Source: an uncultured delta proteobacterium (GTDB lineage Bacteria; Desulfobacterota; Desulfobacteria; Desulfobacterales; B30-G6). From it: a DNA stretch of 64,000 nt. Made by a program: the position numbers and the translations under genes. Positions within the stretch are counted from its first letter, which is position 1, and the number at the start of each line of letters is the position of its first letter. The stretch is from positions 256,001-320,000 of the forward strand of contig CAWGLD010000005.1 of NCBI GenBank assembly GCA_963823335.1. Reading direction: 5' to 3'. Under the pieces are notes generated by a model that worked only from the letters and a program-made list of their open reading frames with translations, was not told the origin of the DNA and did not search any database. Of this stretch, positions 40,706 to 52,069 are shown in pieces.

Positions 40706-40911
40706 GATGACTGTTTCCTTAGCTTGTCCTCACAGGAATGAGTGGACGAAAAGAACAATAGATGGCATGTTCTTCGTGCTGGCTGAGGTAAAAATGGGTC
40801 TTGCAAGTTTTGTGGCATCCTCTTGAAATGGCTATGGGATCATGTAATAGTTAACATATTATTATAACCCACATTTTCGAAAGATCAAGTTTTAATCGAA
40901 ATTTTGAAGGT

Positions 40912-43900
40912 ATGGCACCCTTAATGAAGAAAGCGCCTCATATGGAAATGAAAAAAAAAATCCAAGAATATGTCCGATCCTTGAAGGCCTCCAAACGCTT
41001 GGGAGGCCAGGTTGTTTTCCATAAAGTCATTCCAGAGGAAACAGGGACCTGGGGAGAGCCTGTAGAGGCGTGGCCTGAAAAAATAGGACAGATGCTCCAC
41101 GATGCAGATATCCAAAGACTCTTTGCTCATCAGGCCCGGGCCATCGATCTCGTGAGAGCCGGCGAGCATGTGGTGGTGGCCACACCAACTGCCAGTGGAA
41201 AAACCCTGATATACAATCTCGTGGTCATGGATAGGTTTCTGGTACGACCGGATAGCAAGGCCCTCTACATGTTTCCTTTGAAGGCGCTTGCCCAGGATCA
41301 GCTTCTCAATCTGAATAAATTCACGGCCGCTCTGGAAGGCCGGATACCGACCGCGGTTATCTATGATGGGGATACGTCTGCATGGCACAGAAAGCGCATC
41401 CGAGAGAAGCCGCCCAATGTCATCATGACCAACCCGGAGATGCTTCACTTGTCGTTTCTACCGCATCACCCCCGTTGGGCATCTTTTTTCTCGGGGCTCG
41501 AAACGATCGTGGTGGATGAGGTTCACACCTATCGCGGTCTGTTGGGATCGCATATGTCCCAGGTGTTCAGGCGCCTGATAAGGGTGTGCAGTCATTATGG
41601 TTCATCGCCGGTTTTTATTTTCAATTCGGCGACGGTGGCCAATCCGGACCAGCTGGCGCAGCAGCTCACAGGCCTTGAGGTGCGAACGGTTACAAAGAGC
41701 GGATCACCCAAAGGGAAGCGGCACCTTCTGTTTGTGGATCCTGTCGACAGCCCGGCCCAGACGGCTATATTGCTGCTGAAGGCGGCCCTGCGACGAAATT
41801 TGAGAACGATTGTCTACACACAGTCGCGCAAGATGACCGAGTTGATCGCCATCTGGGCTGGAACCCAGGCCGGAGAATATGCGGACCGGATCAGTGCATA
41901 TCGGGCCGGATTTCTACCGCAAGAACGACGAGAGATCGAGTCTAAACTGAGCAGGGGAGAACTACTGGCAGTTATTTCCACCAGTGCCCTGGAGCTTGGT
42001 ATCGACATCGGCGACCTGGATCTTTGCCTGCTGGTGGGATATCCAGGAACCATCGTGTCCACATGGCAGAGAGAGGGGAGGGTGGGAAGAAGCGGACAAG
42101 AATCGGCCATGATACTCATTGCCGGTGAGGACGCCCTGGACCAGTATTTCATGCGGAATCCGGAGGATTTTCTTCGGAGAAGTCCTGAAGCCGCCGTGGT
42201 TAATCCCTTTAACCCGAACATTCTTGCCCGGCATGTCGTCTGTGCGGCCAATGAGCTGCCGTTGTCAAAGGGCGAAGCCTATATGCAGCCGAAACAGATT
42301 GCGGCGGCGGTATCGACACTTGAAACAGACGGAGAACTGCTCCGGAGCGGGGAGGGGAATCAATGGTTTTCGAGCCGCAAGACGCCACATCGCCGGGTGC
42401 ATCTGCGGGGTAACGGTAATCAATATGCCATCGTGGGCAGCTCCGATGGTGAAAACAAGGGTGCTATCGACGGTCTGCGGGTTTTTAAGGAGACCCATCC
42501 CGGTGCAGTTTATCTGCACAAGGGGGATACTTATTTAGTGGACACCCTGGACATTGAAACAAACACCGTCAGGGTTACACAAGCTGAGGTTGACTACTAT
42601 ACACGGGTTCGGGCGCACAAGCAGACGGATCTTCTGGAAATCTATCATGAAAAGCAAGTTGCGGGCACCCGGGTGTTTACGGGCAAGCTCAAGGTCACGG
42701 AACAGGTAAGTGGCTTCGAGCGCTGGCGTATACGAGGCCGGAAATTCATGAACCGGGTGTCGTTGGATCTTCCAGAGTACACATTTGAAACCGATGGAAT
42801 CTGGTTCGAGATTCCCGCCCCTGTGCAGACGGAAGCGGAATCCCGGTACCTGCATTTTATGGGGGGCATACATGCCATGGAACATGCCGCCATCGGGATG
42901 TTTCCGCTGATCGTCATGACGGACAGAAATGATCTCGGGGGAATTTCCATACCGTATCATCCACAGGTGGGATCGGCTGCCGTTTTTATCTATGACGGTA
43001 TTCCGGGTGGTGCCGGCCTGTGCAGTCAGGCATTTTACAGAGCTGAAGATCTGTTGGATGTCACCCTGAAAGCCATTCAGACGTGTCCTTGCAGGACGGG
43101 ATGCCCGTCCTGTGTGCATTCCCCGAAATGCGGGTCAGGAAACCGTCCCATCGACAAGGCATCGGCAATATTTATTTTGAAAAAGCTTCTGCAGATGCCG
43201 GGGGATATTGTGGATATATCCGGCGATTTTGCTGCGGACCAAAGCAGACATTCAGCGCAATCCCGGGAAACTCACAGTCCAGGGAATTCATCAACCCTCC
43301 GGAGCGATGTGGGGATGCTGCCATCCATGCAGGAAAAAGAGTCCCAGGTATCGGGGCCCTGTGGAAACCCCAGCGGCGATGATGCAAAAGGACCAGAGTT
43401 GTCAGGGCCTTTGGTGGTGGACCGATCCCCTGCCAGAGGAACCAGCATGGATCGATTGGGTGTATTCGATCTCGAGACGCAACGATCGGCCCAGGAGGTG
43501 GGAGGGTGGCATCGGGCTGACCTCATGAAGGTCAGCTGTGCAGTGCTTTACGATGCCGGAGAGCAGGTGTATCACGAGTACCTCGAAAAGGATATGCCTC
43601 GATTCATCGAGCGCCTCCAGCAGTATGATTGTGTGGTGGGATTCAATATCAGTCGTTTTGACTACAAAGTCCTCAGTGGCTACTCGAATTTTGACTTCAA
43701 GAGCCTCTTCACCCTCGATTTGCTGGCAGAAATTCACAAGCAGTTGGGGTATCGATTGTCTCTGGATCATCTGGCCAAGGTAACCCTGGGGTCACAAAAG
43801 TCAGCCGACGGGCTGCAAGCCTTACGCTGGTGGAAACAGGGAAAGATCCGTGAAATCATCGACTACTGCAGGCAGGATGTGCGGATCACATGGGAAATTT

Positions 43901-43980
43901 TTTGTTACGGGAGAGAAAACGGTTACCTGCTGTTCCAGAACAAGGCCGGCAACACCGTGCGGGTGCCGGTCAGCTGGTAA
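40912..43980 (+). CDS. DEAH-box helicase with DUF1998 (MrfA/SftH-like) fused to a C-terminal RNase H-fold DEDD exonuclease (YprB/MrfB-like)
   Basis: PTASGKT, DEVH, TSALELGID, CPCRTGCPSC; after a linker FDLETQ...GFN...FDY...YCRQDV. Confidence 0.88.
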   Translation: MAPLMKKAPHMEMKKKIQEYVRSLKASKRLGGQVVFHKVIPEETGTWGEPVEAWPEKIGQMLHDADIQRLFAHQARAIDLVRAGEHVVVATPTASGKTLIYNLVVMDRFLVRPDSKALYMFPLKALAQDQLLNLNKFTAALEGRIPTAVIYDGDTSAWHRKRIREKPPNVIMTNPEMLHLSFLPHHPRWASFFSGLETIVVDEVHTYRGLLGSHMSQVFRRLIRVCSHYGSSPVFIFNSATVANPDQLAQQLTGLEVRTVTKSGSPKGKRHLLFVDPVDSPAQTAILLLKAALRRNLRTIVYTQSRKMTELIAIWAGTQAGEYADRISAYRAGFLPQERREIESKLSRGELLAVISTSALELGIDIGDLDLCLLVGYPGTIVSTWQREGRVGRSGQESAMILIAGEDALDQYFMRNPEDFLRRSPEAAVVNPFNPNILARHVVCAANELPLSKGEAYMQPKQIAAAVSTLETDGELLRSGEGNQWFSSRKTPHRRVHLRGNGNQYAIVGSSDGENKGAIDGLRVFKETHPGAVYLHKGDTYLVDTLDIETNTVRVTQAEVDYYTRVRAHKQTDLLEIYHEKQVAGTRVFTGKLKVTEQVSGFERWRIRGRKFMNRVSLDLPEYTFETDGIWFEIPAPVQTEAESRYLHFMGGIHAMEHAAIGMFPLIVMTDRNDLGGISIPYHPQVGSAAVFIYDGIPGGAGLCSQAFYRAEDLLDVTLKAIQTCPCRTGCPSCVHSPKCGSGNRPIDKASAIFILKKLLQMPGDIVDISGDFAADQSRHSAQSRETHSPGNSSTLRSDVGMLPSMQEKESQVSGPCGNPSGDDAKGPELSGPLVVDRSPARGTSMDRLGVFDLETQRSAQEVGGWHRADLMKVSCAVLYDAGEQVYHEYLEKDMPRFIERLQQYDCVVGFNISRFDYKVLSGYSNFDFKSLFTLDLLAEIHKQLGYRLSLDHLAKVTLGSQKSADGLQALRWWKQGKIREIIDYCRQDVRITWEIFCYGRENGYLLFQNKAGNTVRVPVSW

Positions 43981-44498
43981 ACAATATTTATTTCAAACCT
44001 TACCGTATCATTTTTCCATGATTATGACTTCGGTATGTAGTTTTAAGCAACTGCGAATTGATTTGTTTCTTCCATTTTTTCCAGCCACCATTTCAATCTA
44101 AGAAACGCATTTCATAAAACAACCACCGTGCAAGGTCGAGAGGCTTGAAATAAGAATGCGGCTCAATCTGCATAATTCAGAATAATAGGAACTCGGAGCA
44201 ACAAAACAAACTAATGGATCAAAAATTGTATTGACAGGCCAAATTTAAATTAATATTTATTATAAAATCTATAGTTAAATATAATCCTAAAATGGCTAGC
44301 ATACTATATGCCCTATAAAGGACTGTATTTAAACCGACAATGCTTACGCAGTATCCTTTTGTCCAGAAATGACAACCCCGGCATTGTTGTTTCAATTTCG
44401 ATTATCCATGGCTGCCCACTTTATTGGAGACGGATTTCGATACTTTTTGGATCCGAGACTTAGAAAAATATTCTAAATACATTTTGAAAGGAGTTATT

Positions 44499-45653
44499 AT
44501 GATTGATTATCAATCTCGCCTGGAAGGAATCAGGGGATTTATGGAAGAGCAGGGCATTGGCGGTTTCATGTTATCCCCTTCCGGAGACGCCGAATGGCTG
44601 ACCGGCATCCGCCGGCAGCGGCCTAACGCCACCCATAGCCACTATCCTGGTGATTGGCTCTATGGTCTATGGGGAAACCAGAAAGAAGCCGTCTATGTCA
44701 GCCCTTCTCTGCCTCTGGAATTTGTGAAAAGCCAGGTGGCGGACAAGGACTATGTCACTGATATCATGATCATGCCGGATGGACATGACTCCCATGAATC
44801 CGCACGCAAAATCGTCGAACGCCTGGGGTTGGCCAAGAGTCGATTGGCCATGCCAAAAACAGCGTTGTCAAAAACGCTGGTCAACCTGAAAGCGTTGTTT
44901 CCGGAAATGAGCTTCACTTGCACCGAAGACTACACCTTGAAACGGCGCATGATTAAAACCGATGAAGAACTGGCCCTGATGCGGGAGGCGGCGGAAATCA
45001 CCGATAAGGTTTTTTACGCCGTCTTCGACAAACTCAAGGTTGGTATGAGCGAAATCGAAGTAGCCAGCGAAGTGGATCTGCAGATGCTTATCCATGGGAC
45101 CGAAGGCTCGTCCTTCATTACCGGCATCATGGTGCGTGGCCAGGGCACGCCCCAGAACATCGAAGGCATCGGGCGGATCGGCGGAACAAAACTCGAACCG
45201 GGTAAAACGTTGTCCTTTGATTTCGGCGTGGTCCTGAATGGGTACGTCTCCGACTTTGGTCGCACCGTTTATATCGGGCAGCCCACCAAGCGAATGCTGG
45301 AAGTCCACAAACTGGTCATGGACTCTCAACGTGCGGGTATGAAGGCGCTGGTTCCCGGCAAGCACACCGCCCAGGAAATAAATCAAATCGCTCGTAAGAT
45401 CATTGAAGATGCAGGTTTGAAGAAGGAATTCTTTCATCGCCTGGGGCATGGCATAGGCGTAGACGTCCATGAGTATCCATTTTTGGATAAAGGTTACATT
45501 GAACCGATCCAGGAAAATATGACCTTTACCGTGGAACCCAGCATCCTTATCCCGGAAGAATTGTGGATCAGGGTGGAGGACGTCGTACATGTCACCCCCG
45601 AAGGGGGACGTTCTTTCAACCAGGTTTCTTGGGAGCCGCTGATAATAGAGTAA
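44499..45653 (+). CDS. M24 family Xaa-Pro peptidase
   Basis: RMIKTDEEL, DFG...YVSDFGRT, HRLGHGIGVDVHE, VEP, RVED. Confidence 0.9.
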   Translation: MIDYQSRLEGIRGFMEEQGIGGFMLSPSGDAEWLTGIRRQRPNATHSHYPGDWLYGLWGNQKEAVYVSPSLPLEFVKSQVADKDYVTDIMIMPDGHDSHESARKIVERLGLAKSRLAMPKTALSKTLVNLKALFPEMSFTCTEDYTLKRRMIKTDEELALMREAAEITDKVFYAVFDKLKVGMSEIEVASEVDLQMLIHGTEGSSFITGIMVRGQGTPQNIEGIGRIGGTKLEPGKTLSFDFGVVLNGYVSDFGRTVYIGQPTKRMLEVHKLVMDSQRAGMKALVPGKHTAQEINQIARKIIEDAGLKKEFFHRLGHGIGVDVHEYPFLDKGYIEPIQENMTFTVEPSILIPEELWIRVEDVVHVTPEGGRSFNQVSWEPLIIE

Positions 45654-45724
45654 CATAACCATTTCTGCTTGTTCGGCCGAAACCGGTCATAGGACGGACA
45701 AGCAGATTTCAGTTTGATGGTGGA

Positions 45725-45896
45725 TAGAAGCCATCTCAAAAAAAGGGTTTTGGTTCCCCGCAAAAAGAGCGGGATCTTCGTCAAGTTCAAGGCGGGCCCG
45801 AACTTCAACCCGCAGGCATACTGTAGTATTCCGAGGAGTTGAAGCAAGGGACCAACACAGAAATTGGGCCAAAATATTTTTTTGAGATAGCTTCTA
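45725..45896. mobile_element. 172-bp MITE
   Basis: 20-bp terminal inverted repeats tagaagccatctcaaaaaaa / tttttttgagatagcttcta (1 mismatch); no transposase. Confidence 0.8.
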
Positions 45897-45962
45897 GTAT
45901 TTATGAAGCAATACCCATTGAGGGTATATTGACAAAAACATTTAACAAGGAGGTTGGATGCT

Positions 45963-47573
45963 GTGAAAAAACTATCGATTTTATTGACAATTCTATTGAT
46001 GACGGCGTTCGCTTTTCCAGGTTATGCCGATCAACCTAAGGAAGGCGGAACATTGGTTTTCGGCCGGGGTGGAGACACCGTCGGTCTGGACCCGGCCTAT
46101 GAAACCGACGGCAACTCCTACATGATTTGCGATAATATTTACGAAGGTCTAATTGCCTACGAAGATGAATCGACCGTATTGAAACCCAGTCTGGCCGAAT
46201 CATGGTCCATCAGCGATGACGGCCTTACCTACACCATGAACATCCGCCGGGGCGTCAAATTTCACGACGGCTCCCAGTTGGATGCCAACGCCGTGGTCTT
46301 TTCCTTGGGTAGAATGATGAAAAAGCCCAATGTAAAATGGTTTGGGGAGGGTTATAAAATTCCAACCCAGGAACGCCCCCCGGAGTACTGGTCCAACATG
46401 TCCATGGACAGCATCATCGACGCGGTGGAAGCTGAAGGGGAATACACGGTGGTTTTTCGGCTGAAGGTTATCACCGCCCCGTTTCTCTCTAACCTGGGCA
46501 TGGACTTTGCCAGCATCATCAGCCCGACGGCTTTTTTAAAAAACCCCGAGGAATTTGTGCGAAATCCTGTGGGAACCGGCCCGTTCAAGTTCAGTAAATG
46601 GATTAGAGACGATAAACTTACCTTGGTCAAGAACGAAAACTATTGGGACAAGGCCAACGGCGGACCGTACCTGGACAAAGTGGTATTTCGGTCCATTCCT
46701 GAAAATGCAGTTCGGTTCCTGGAACTTAAAACAGGCGGTGTCAATATTTGCCAGTTCCCCAACGCGGCCGACATCCCCATGGCCAAACAGGATAAAAACT
46801 TGAAAATGGCGTCTCAGGCCGGAATGAATGTTGGATACGTCAGTTTCAATTTCACTAAAAAGCTTTGGCAGGATGTCAACATGCGCAAAGCAGTGGCGCA
46901 CGCCATCAACCGGAAGGCCATTGTGGATAATATCTATCAGGGCATGGGGCAAGTGGCCAAGAATCCCCTGCCGCCCAATATTTGGGGATGGAACAAGGAT
47001 GTCCCGGACATCACCTATGATCCCGAACTGGCCAAGGAATATTTAGCAAAAGCGGGGTATCCGGACGGCAAGGGTCTACCTGAAATTTCCTTATGGTCCA
47101 TGCCGGTCCCCAGGCCCTACAACCCGGACGGGCTTAAACTCGGGATCGCCATGTGCGGCGATCTGGCCAAGATCGGAATCAAGGCCAAGGTCGTCAGTTA
47201 CGACTGGGGCACTTACCTCAAGAGACAAAAGGAACAACCCGATGACATGGATCTTTTTCAGCTCGGGAACACCGGTGACAACGGAGACCCTGACAACTTT
47301 CTGGGACTTTTATTTGACGGACTTGTCTCGCCGGCCATTCGTACTCAATGGAAGAATGAGGAATACCACCGTTTGATGGTATTAGGCCGGGAGACGCTCG
47401 ACCAGGCCAAACGAGTCGAAATATATGAAAAGGCGTTGCAGATCATATATGAAGAAATGCCGGCCATCGCCATTGCCCATTCACGGGTCATCTGGCCCAT
47501 GAGCAATAACATGATGGGCTTCAAATTGCACCCGACCGGCTCCGTCTTTTTGAAGAACGTTTGGTTGAACTAA
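45963..47573 (+). CDS. dppA: Dipeptide/oligopeptide ABC transporter substrate-binding protein
   Basis: Signal peptide, LDPA, PSLAESW, RRGVKFHDG, PVGTGPFKF, MPVPRPYNP, GDNGDPDNF. Confidence 0.88.
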   Translation: MKKLSILLTILLMTAFAFPGYADQPKEGGTLVFGRGGDTVGLDPAYETDGNSYMICDNIYEGLIAYEDESTVLKPSLAESWSISDDGLTYTMNIRRGVKFHDGSQLDANAVVFSLGRMMKKPNVKWFGEGYKIPTQERPPEYWSNMSMDSIIDAVEAEGEYTVVFRLKVITAPFLSNLGMDFASIISPTAFLKNPEEFVRNPVGTGPFKFSKWIRDDKLTLVKNENYWDKANGGPYLDKVVFRSIPENAVRFLELKTGGVNICQFPNAADIPMAKQDKNLKMASQAGMNVGYVSFNFTKKLWQDVNMRKAVAHAINRKAIVDNIYQGMGQVAKNPLPPNIWGWNKDVPDITYDPELAKEYLAKAGYPDGKGLPEISLWSMPVPRPYNPDGLKLGIAMCGDLAKIGIKAKVVSYDWGTYLKRQKEQPDDMDLFQLGNTGDNGDPDNFLGLLFDGLVSPAIRTQWKNEEYHRLMVLGRETLDQAKRVEIYEKALQIIYEEMPAIAIAHSRVIWPMSNNMMGFKLHPTGSVFLKNVWLN

Positions 47574-47597
47574 CAACCGTAGAAGGAATGCTAAATT

Positions 47598-47637
47598 AAT
47601 ATCGGGGGAGCACTTTGAAAGAGCTCCCCCTAATATT
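47598..47637 (+). terminator. Intercistronic stem-loop after dppA
   Basis: gggggagc...gctccccc hairpin, typical after ABC binding-protein genes. Confidence 0.6.
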
Positions 47638-47658
47638 GTTTAGCGGGAGTCGGTATTA

Positions 47659-48663
47659 ATGCTCGGATACATTATTAGACGCTGTTTTTCAGTCATTCCC
47701 ACTTTGCTAGGCGTATCCATCATAATTTTTCTCATGTTGCGCCTTACGCCCGGCGACCCGGCCGAGTTGCTGCTCGGCGAGCGGGCCACTGACGAATCTC
47801 TGCACGCCATGCGCGAACACCTGGGCCTCAACGAGCCGATTTACATACAGTACGGCTTATTTTTAAAACGCTTGATGAAGGGTGATTTGGGGGTGACCAT
47901 CTGGAGTCGCCAGAAGGTCTGGCACGAAATCAAGGAGCGTTTTCCGGCCACGATGGAACTAGCCATCGCCGCCATGTTTATCAGTTCGATATTGGGCGTT
48001 CTACTCGGCTTGATATCTGCGGCCAGGCAGTATTCCGTTTTCGACTACATTAGTATGCTGGTGTCACTGATCGGGGTCAGTATGCCGGTATTTTGGCTGG
48101 CCCTTATGCTGATGCTTATTTTTTCCCTTTGGCTGGGCTGGTTGCCCATGTCTGGCCGGCTTGGCGTGAGTGAAACTTTGGAAGTCATTACAAATTTTTA
48201 TGTTCTGGACAGCATCCTGACTCGGAACTGGTCGGCGCTCTCTGATTCGATCAAACATTTGGTCTTGCCGGCAGTCGCTTTGTCTACCATTCCCTTGGCC
48301 ATTATAGCCCGTATGACCCGGTCGAGCATGCTGGAAGTCCTTCGGCAGGATTACATCAAGACGGCCAGGGCCAAAGGGCTTGGAACCATGATGATTTATT
48401 TCAAACACGCTCTTAGAAACGGCTTGATTCCCGTCATCACCGTCATCGGTCTTCAAGTGGGCGCTATGATGGGCGGCGCCATCCTGACGGAAACAGTTTT
48501 CGCCTGGCCCGGCGTGGGCAAGTGGATTTTCGACGGTGTGGCCAAGCGCGACTATATGGTCATTCAGGGCGGCACCCTGGTCATCGCCGCCACGTTCGTC
48601 CTGGTCAATCTGCTGGTGGACCTTTTATACGCCGTCATTAACCCGAGAATCAACGTAAAGTGA
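47659..48663 (+). CDS. dppB: Peptide ABC transporter permease
   Basis: PGDPA, RFPATMEL, DYIKTARAKGL, TETVFAWPG. Confidence 0.9.
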   Translation: MLGYIIRRCFSVIPTLLGVSIIIFLMLRLTPGDPAELLLGERATDESLHAMREHLGLNEPIYIQYGLFLKRLMKGDLGVTIWSRQKVWHEIKERFPATMELAIAAMFISSILGVLLGLISAARQYSVFDYISMLVSLIGVSMPVFWLALMLMLIFSLWLGWLPMSGRLGVSETLEVITNFYVLDSILTRNWSALSDSIKHLVLPAVALSTIPLAIIARMTRSSMLEVLRQDYIKTARAKGLGTMMIYFKHALRNGLIPVITVIGLQVGAMMGGAILTETVFAWPGVGKWIFDGVAKRDYMVIQGGTLVIAATFVLVNLLVDLLYAVINPRINVK

Positions 48664-48667
48664 CGGT

Positions 48668-49543
48668 ATGAAGAATCACGAAGACAGACATCCGATATTC
48701 GATCAAATGGAGAAACTGATCAAGAACCGGACCGGCTTGATCGGTTTGATCATTATCACCATTTTTGTTTTGGCGGCGATTTTCGCGCCCTGGATCAGCC
48801 CCCATGACCCGATTGAAAACGCTCTTTACGAACAGTTAAAACCACCTATCTGGGACGAACAAGGCGCCTGGAAGAATGTCCTTGGCACCGACGACCTCGG
48901 CCGCGACATTTTTTCGCGCTTGATTTGGGGGGCGCGGGTTTCTCTGATAGTCGGTGTGGTCAGCGTCGGAATCGGCCTTTTTTTCGGTTCATTTTTAGGC
49001 GCGATCGCCGGGTATTTCAAGGGCCGGCTGGATAACGTGATTATGCGCCTGATGGATATCATGCTGGCTTTTCCGAGTATTCTGCTGGCCATTGTTATCG
49101 TGGCCTATCTGGGGCCGGGCCTGATGAACGCCATGATCGCCATCGGCATCATGAGTATTCCCCGTTTCGCTCGAATCGTGCGCGCCTCGGTGATAGAGGA
49201 ATACGACAAGGACTACGTCCTGGCGGCAAAGGCCCTTGGCACTCGCAATTTTCGCATAATTTTCAACGCCATCTTTCCCAACTGTCTGGCGCCCATCATC
49301 GTGCAGGCGTCCTTGGGTTTCGGCGCCGCCATATTGGACGCTGCGGGCCTGAGTTTTCTCGGGCTGGGCGCCCAACCGCCGATTCCGGAATGGGGCGCCA
49401 TGATCGCCATGGGGCGAGGCTTGATACTCAGGGCTTGGTGGGTGATGACCTTTCCCGGCATCGCGATTTTATTTGGCGTGCTGGGTTTCAACTTGCTGGG
49501 CGACGGACTCCGGGACGCCCTGGATCCGAGGTTGAGAGACTAA
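48668..49543 (+). CDS. dppC: Peptide ABC transporter permease
   Basis: [36 protein letters not shown]. Confidence 0.9.
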   Translation: MKNHEDRHPIFDQMEKLIKNRTGLIGLIIITIFVLAAIFAPWISPHDPIENALYEQLKPPIWDEQGAWKNVLGTDDLGRDIFSRLIWGARVSLIVGVVSVGIGLFFGSFLGAIAGYFKGRLDNVIMRLMDIMLAFPSILLAIVIVAYLGPGLMNAMIAIGIMSIPRFARIVRASVIEEYDKDYVLAAKALGTRNFRIIFNAIFPNCLAPIIVQASLGFGAAILDAAGLSFLGLGAQPPIPEWGAMIAMGRGLILRAWWVMTFPGIAILFGVLGFNLLGDGLRDALDPRLRD

Positions 49544-50520
49544 TGGCCAGCGAATATTTATTGAAAATAAAAGGCCTGAAAACCTATTTCGATGCTCGGG
49601 GCGGCGTGGTCAAAGCCGTGGACGACGTCAGTTTTTCCCTCAAACCGGGCCACACCCTCGGACTGGTCGGCGAATCCGGATGCGGAAAAAGCGTCACCGC
49701 CGCCTCCATCATGGGACTGATCCCGTCACCGCCCGGACGCAACGCCGGCGGAGAAATCCTGTTCGAGGGCGAAGACCTGCTCAAGCTCCCGGAATCCCGA
49801 ATGAAAAAAATTCGCGGCGCCCGTATATCCATGATCTTTCAGGAACCTATGACCTCCCTGAACCCGGTCTTTACGGTGGGCGATCAGGTGTCGGAAGTGA
49901 TTCGGCTCCACGAAAAACTTTCCAAACGGGATACACGTGATCGCGTGATCGAAATGTTTTCCCTTGTGGGCATCCCGGCGCCGGAAACCCGCATCAATGA
50001 TTATCCCTACCAAATGAGCGGCGGTATGCGCCAACGGGTGATGATCGCCATCGCCCTGGCCTGTTCGCCGCGATTGATGATCGCTGATGAGCCCACCACG
50101 GCCTTGGACGTCACAATACAAGCCCAGATTCTCGGCCTGATGAACAAGCTTAAAAGTGAAATTGGGGCGTCCATTTTGTTTATCACCCACGACCTGGGCG
50201 TGATTGCAGAAACCGCGCAACACGTGGCCGTCATGTACGCCGGGCAGGTTATGGAATACGCGGATGTCGGGCCGTTGTTCGAGGATCCCAAGCATCCATA
50301 CACGATTGGGCTCTTACGCTCGATACCGCGTGTGGGACGTAGCGAAAAACTGAAAAGGCTATCCACCATCAAAGGCACGGTGCCGTCTTTATTCAATTTA
50401 CCGAAAGGCTGTCTGTTTTCCGAACGATGTCCGGACGTCTTCGACCTATGTCAAAAGGCCAGACCGGATTTAATCGATTTGGGCGAAGGGCGGCAGGTGC
50501 GGTGTTATAAATATGTCTGA
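49543..50520 (+). CDS. dppD: Peptide ABC transporter ATP-binding protein
   Basis: [32 protein letters not shown] overlaps the dppC stop. Confidence 0.9.
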   Translation: MASEYLLKIKGLKTYFDARGGVVKAVDDVSFSLKPGHTLGLVGESGCGKSVTAASIMGLIPSPPGRNAGGEILFEGEDLLKLPESRMKKIRGARISMIFQEPMTSLNPVFTVGDQVSEVIRLHEKLSKRDTRDRVIEMFSLVGIPAPETRINDYPYQMSGGMRQRVMIAIALACSPRLMIADEPTTALDVTIQAQILGLMNKLKSEIGASILFITHDLGVIAETAQHVAVMYAGQVMEYADVGPLFEDPKHPYTIGLLRSIPRVGRSEKLKRLSTIKGTVPSLFNLPKGCLFSERCPDVFDLCQKARPDLIDLGEGRQVRCYKYV

Positions 50521-51502
50521 AACAGCCATGAATACGAATTTCAAGTTCCTTGTCGAAGTCAAGGATGTGGTGAAATATTATCCGATTCGGGGCGGGGTTC
50601 TGTTGCGGGAAGTCGCGCAGGTGAAGGCTGTGGACGGCGTATCCTTGGGCATCGCCCCCGGTGAAACCCTGGGTCTGGTTGGGGAATCCGGGTGCGGTAA
50701 GTCTACCTTGGGCCGAGTTGTTTTGCGCCTTGAAGACCCGACTTCAGGAGATGTGTTTTTTCAGGGCGAAAATATTTTAAAGTTCGGCAAGCAACGAATG
50801 CGCGGACTAAGAAGGCATATGCAGATTGTTTTCCAGGATCCGTTCTCCTCGCTCAACCCTCGAAAGAACGTCGAACATATTGTCGGTGAACCGCTTTTCG
50901 TTCACGGTATGACCAGCCGAAGAGAACGACGGGAAAAGGTTGTCGACCTACTGGATGTGGTTGGACTAAGGTCCGAACACCTGCGCCGGTTTCCACATCA
51001 ATTTTCAGGCGGTCAAAGGCAGCGGTTGAGCGTGGCCAGGGCCCTGGCCCTGAACCCGAAGCTAATTGTTTGCGACGAGGCGGTCAGCGCCCTTGACGTC
51101 TCCATCCAGGCTCAGGTGATCAATCTGTTTCAGGATCTTCAGGAAGAATTCGGCCTAACGTATCTCTTTATCTCCCATGACCTGTCCGTGGTCGAACACA
51201 TCAGCGACCGGGTGGCTGTAATGTACCTGGGGCGCATTGTGGAGCTGGCCGATTCCGACGAACTCTATGAATCGCCCATGCATCCGTACACCCAGGCCCT
51301 TCTGGCCGCGGCGCCTGTGCCGGACCCGAAAAACATCCCTGACCGGGTGGTGTTGACCGGCGACGTGCCCAGCCCCATCAGTCCGCCGTCGGGGTGCCAT
51401 TTCCACACTCGCTGTCCAAAAGCCATGAGTATGTGCAGTCAGAGCCCTCCGCGTATGAAAGAGCTGAAATCGGGGTACTTTGTGTCGTGCTTTTTGTATT
51501 AG
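50513..51502 (+). CDS. dppF: Peptide ABC transporter ATP-binding protein
   Basis: [38 protein letters not shown]. Confidence 0.9.
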   Translation: MSETAMNTNFKFLVEVKDVVKYYPIRGGVLLREVAQVKAVDGVSLGIAPGETLGLVGESGCGKSTLGRVVLRLEDPTSGDVFFQGENILKFGKQRMRGLRRHMQIVFQDPFSSLNPRKNVEHIVGEPLFVHGMTSRRERREKVVDLLDVVGLRSEHLRRFPHQFSGGQRQRLSVARALALNPKLIVCDEAVSALDVSIQAQVINLFQDLQEEFGLTYLFISHDLSVVEHISDRVAVMYLGRIVELADSDELYESPMHPYTQALLAAAPVPDPKNIPDRVVLTGDVPSPISPPSGCHFHTRCPKAMSMCSQSPPRMKELKSGYFVSCFLY

Positions 51503-51797
51503 AGTTAATAATTTTTGGATATAGGGAAGTCATCTCCGTAATTGCGGATAAAGGATTCTTGTCTTGCTGTTTCAATGCCTGCTCCAGGGTCACAGCGACT
51601 CGATGAAGTCGAGTGAGCGATAAATTGCCGGAGGCGCCCTTGATGTCATGAATATTTTTTCCGGCGACTTCCCATTCACCGCCTTTTACGTGCACTCGGA
51701 TCGATCCCGAGGCCCCGGCGTATAAATATTGATAATCCTCGATTAACGACGCATAGAGTTCCATATCCCCAGCCAGGAGAGATGCGCCTTTTTCCAT
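51503..51797 (-). pseudogene. Orphan Hpt domain, likely remnant of a hybrid histidine kinase
   Basis: GDMELYASLIEDY...IHDIKGASGNLSLTRL; the ORF lacks its own stop and runs antisense into dppF. Confidence 0.6.
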
Positions 51798-51907
51798 ATC
51801 GATATCCGGCGTCTCCTCCTCCGACTTTTCCCTCGAGCGCCGTTTAATGGGAAGTCAAGGTTTGCCGAGTCGCTTTGGGATGCATTCTTAACATCATCCG
51901 GAGATAT

Positions 51908-52069
51908 GCGAAACGTTGACGGAGACTTGCAGGCCGGGCTATTGAGCCGCGAAAGATGTGGCAAATCTCTGGGGCGTCGACGTCGTCCACAAGAACGGAA
52001 GGTAACATCGGCCACGTCGTTAACGCAAGACGTGGTCGAGCCGTGCGTGGTCAGAGACCCCGAGCATGT
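51908..52069 (+). mobile_element. Group II intron domain I fragment (no RT ORF)
   Basis: cgttgac...gcaggccgggctattgagccgcgaaa...ctctggggcgtcgacg...cggaaggtaaca...cgtggtcagagaccccgagcatg, recalled as the conserved 5' ribozyme motif order; internal stem ccacgtc/gacgtgg. Confidence 0.6.

Noticed and set aside
40706-40910. Possible metal-sensing riboswitch upstream of the CNNM gene
   Set aside because: No yybP-ykoY or M-box consensus recognisable by eye; would need cmscan.
43985-44110. Possible transposase C-terminal remnant on the minus strand (RLKWWLEKMEETNQFAVA*)
   Set aside because: Too short to assign, and no terminal repeat partner found.
45687-45872. Small ORF 45687-45872, and also 12432-12623 and 17677-17910
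   Set aside because: They overlie MITE or palindromic repeat sequence and show no protein-like features.
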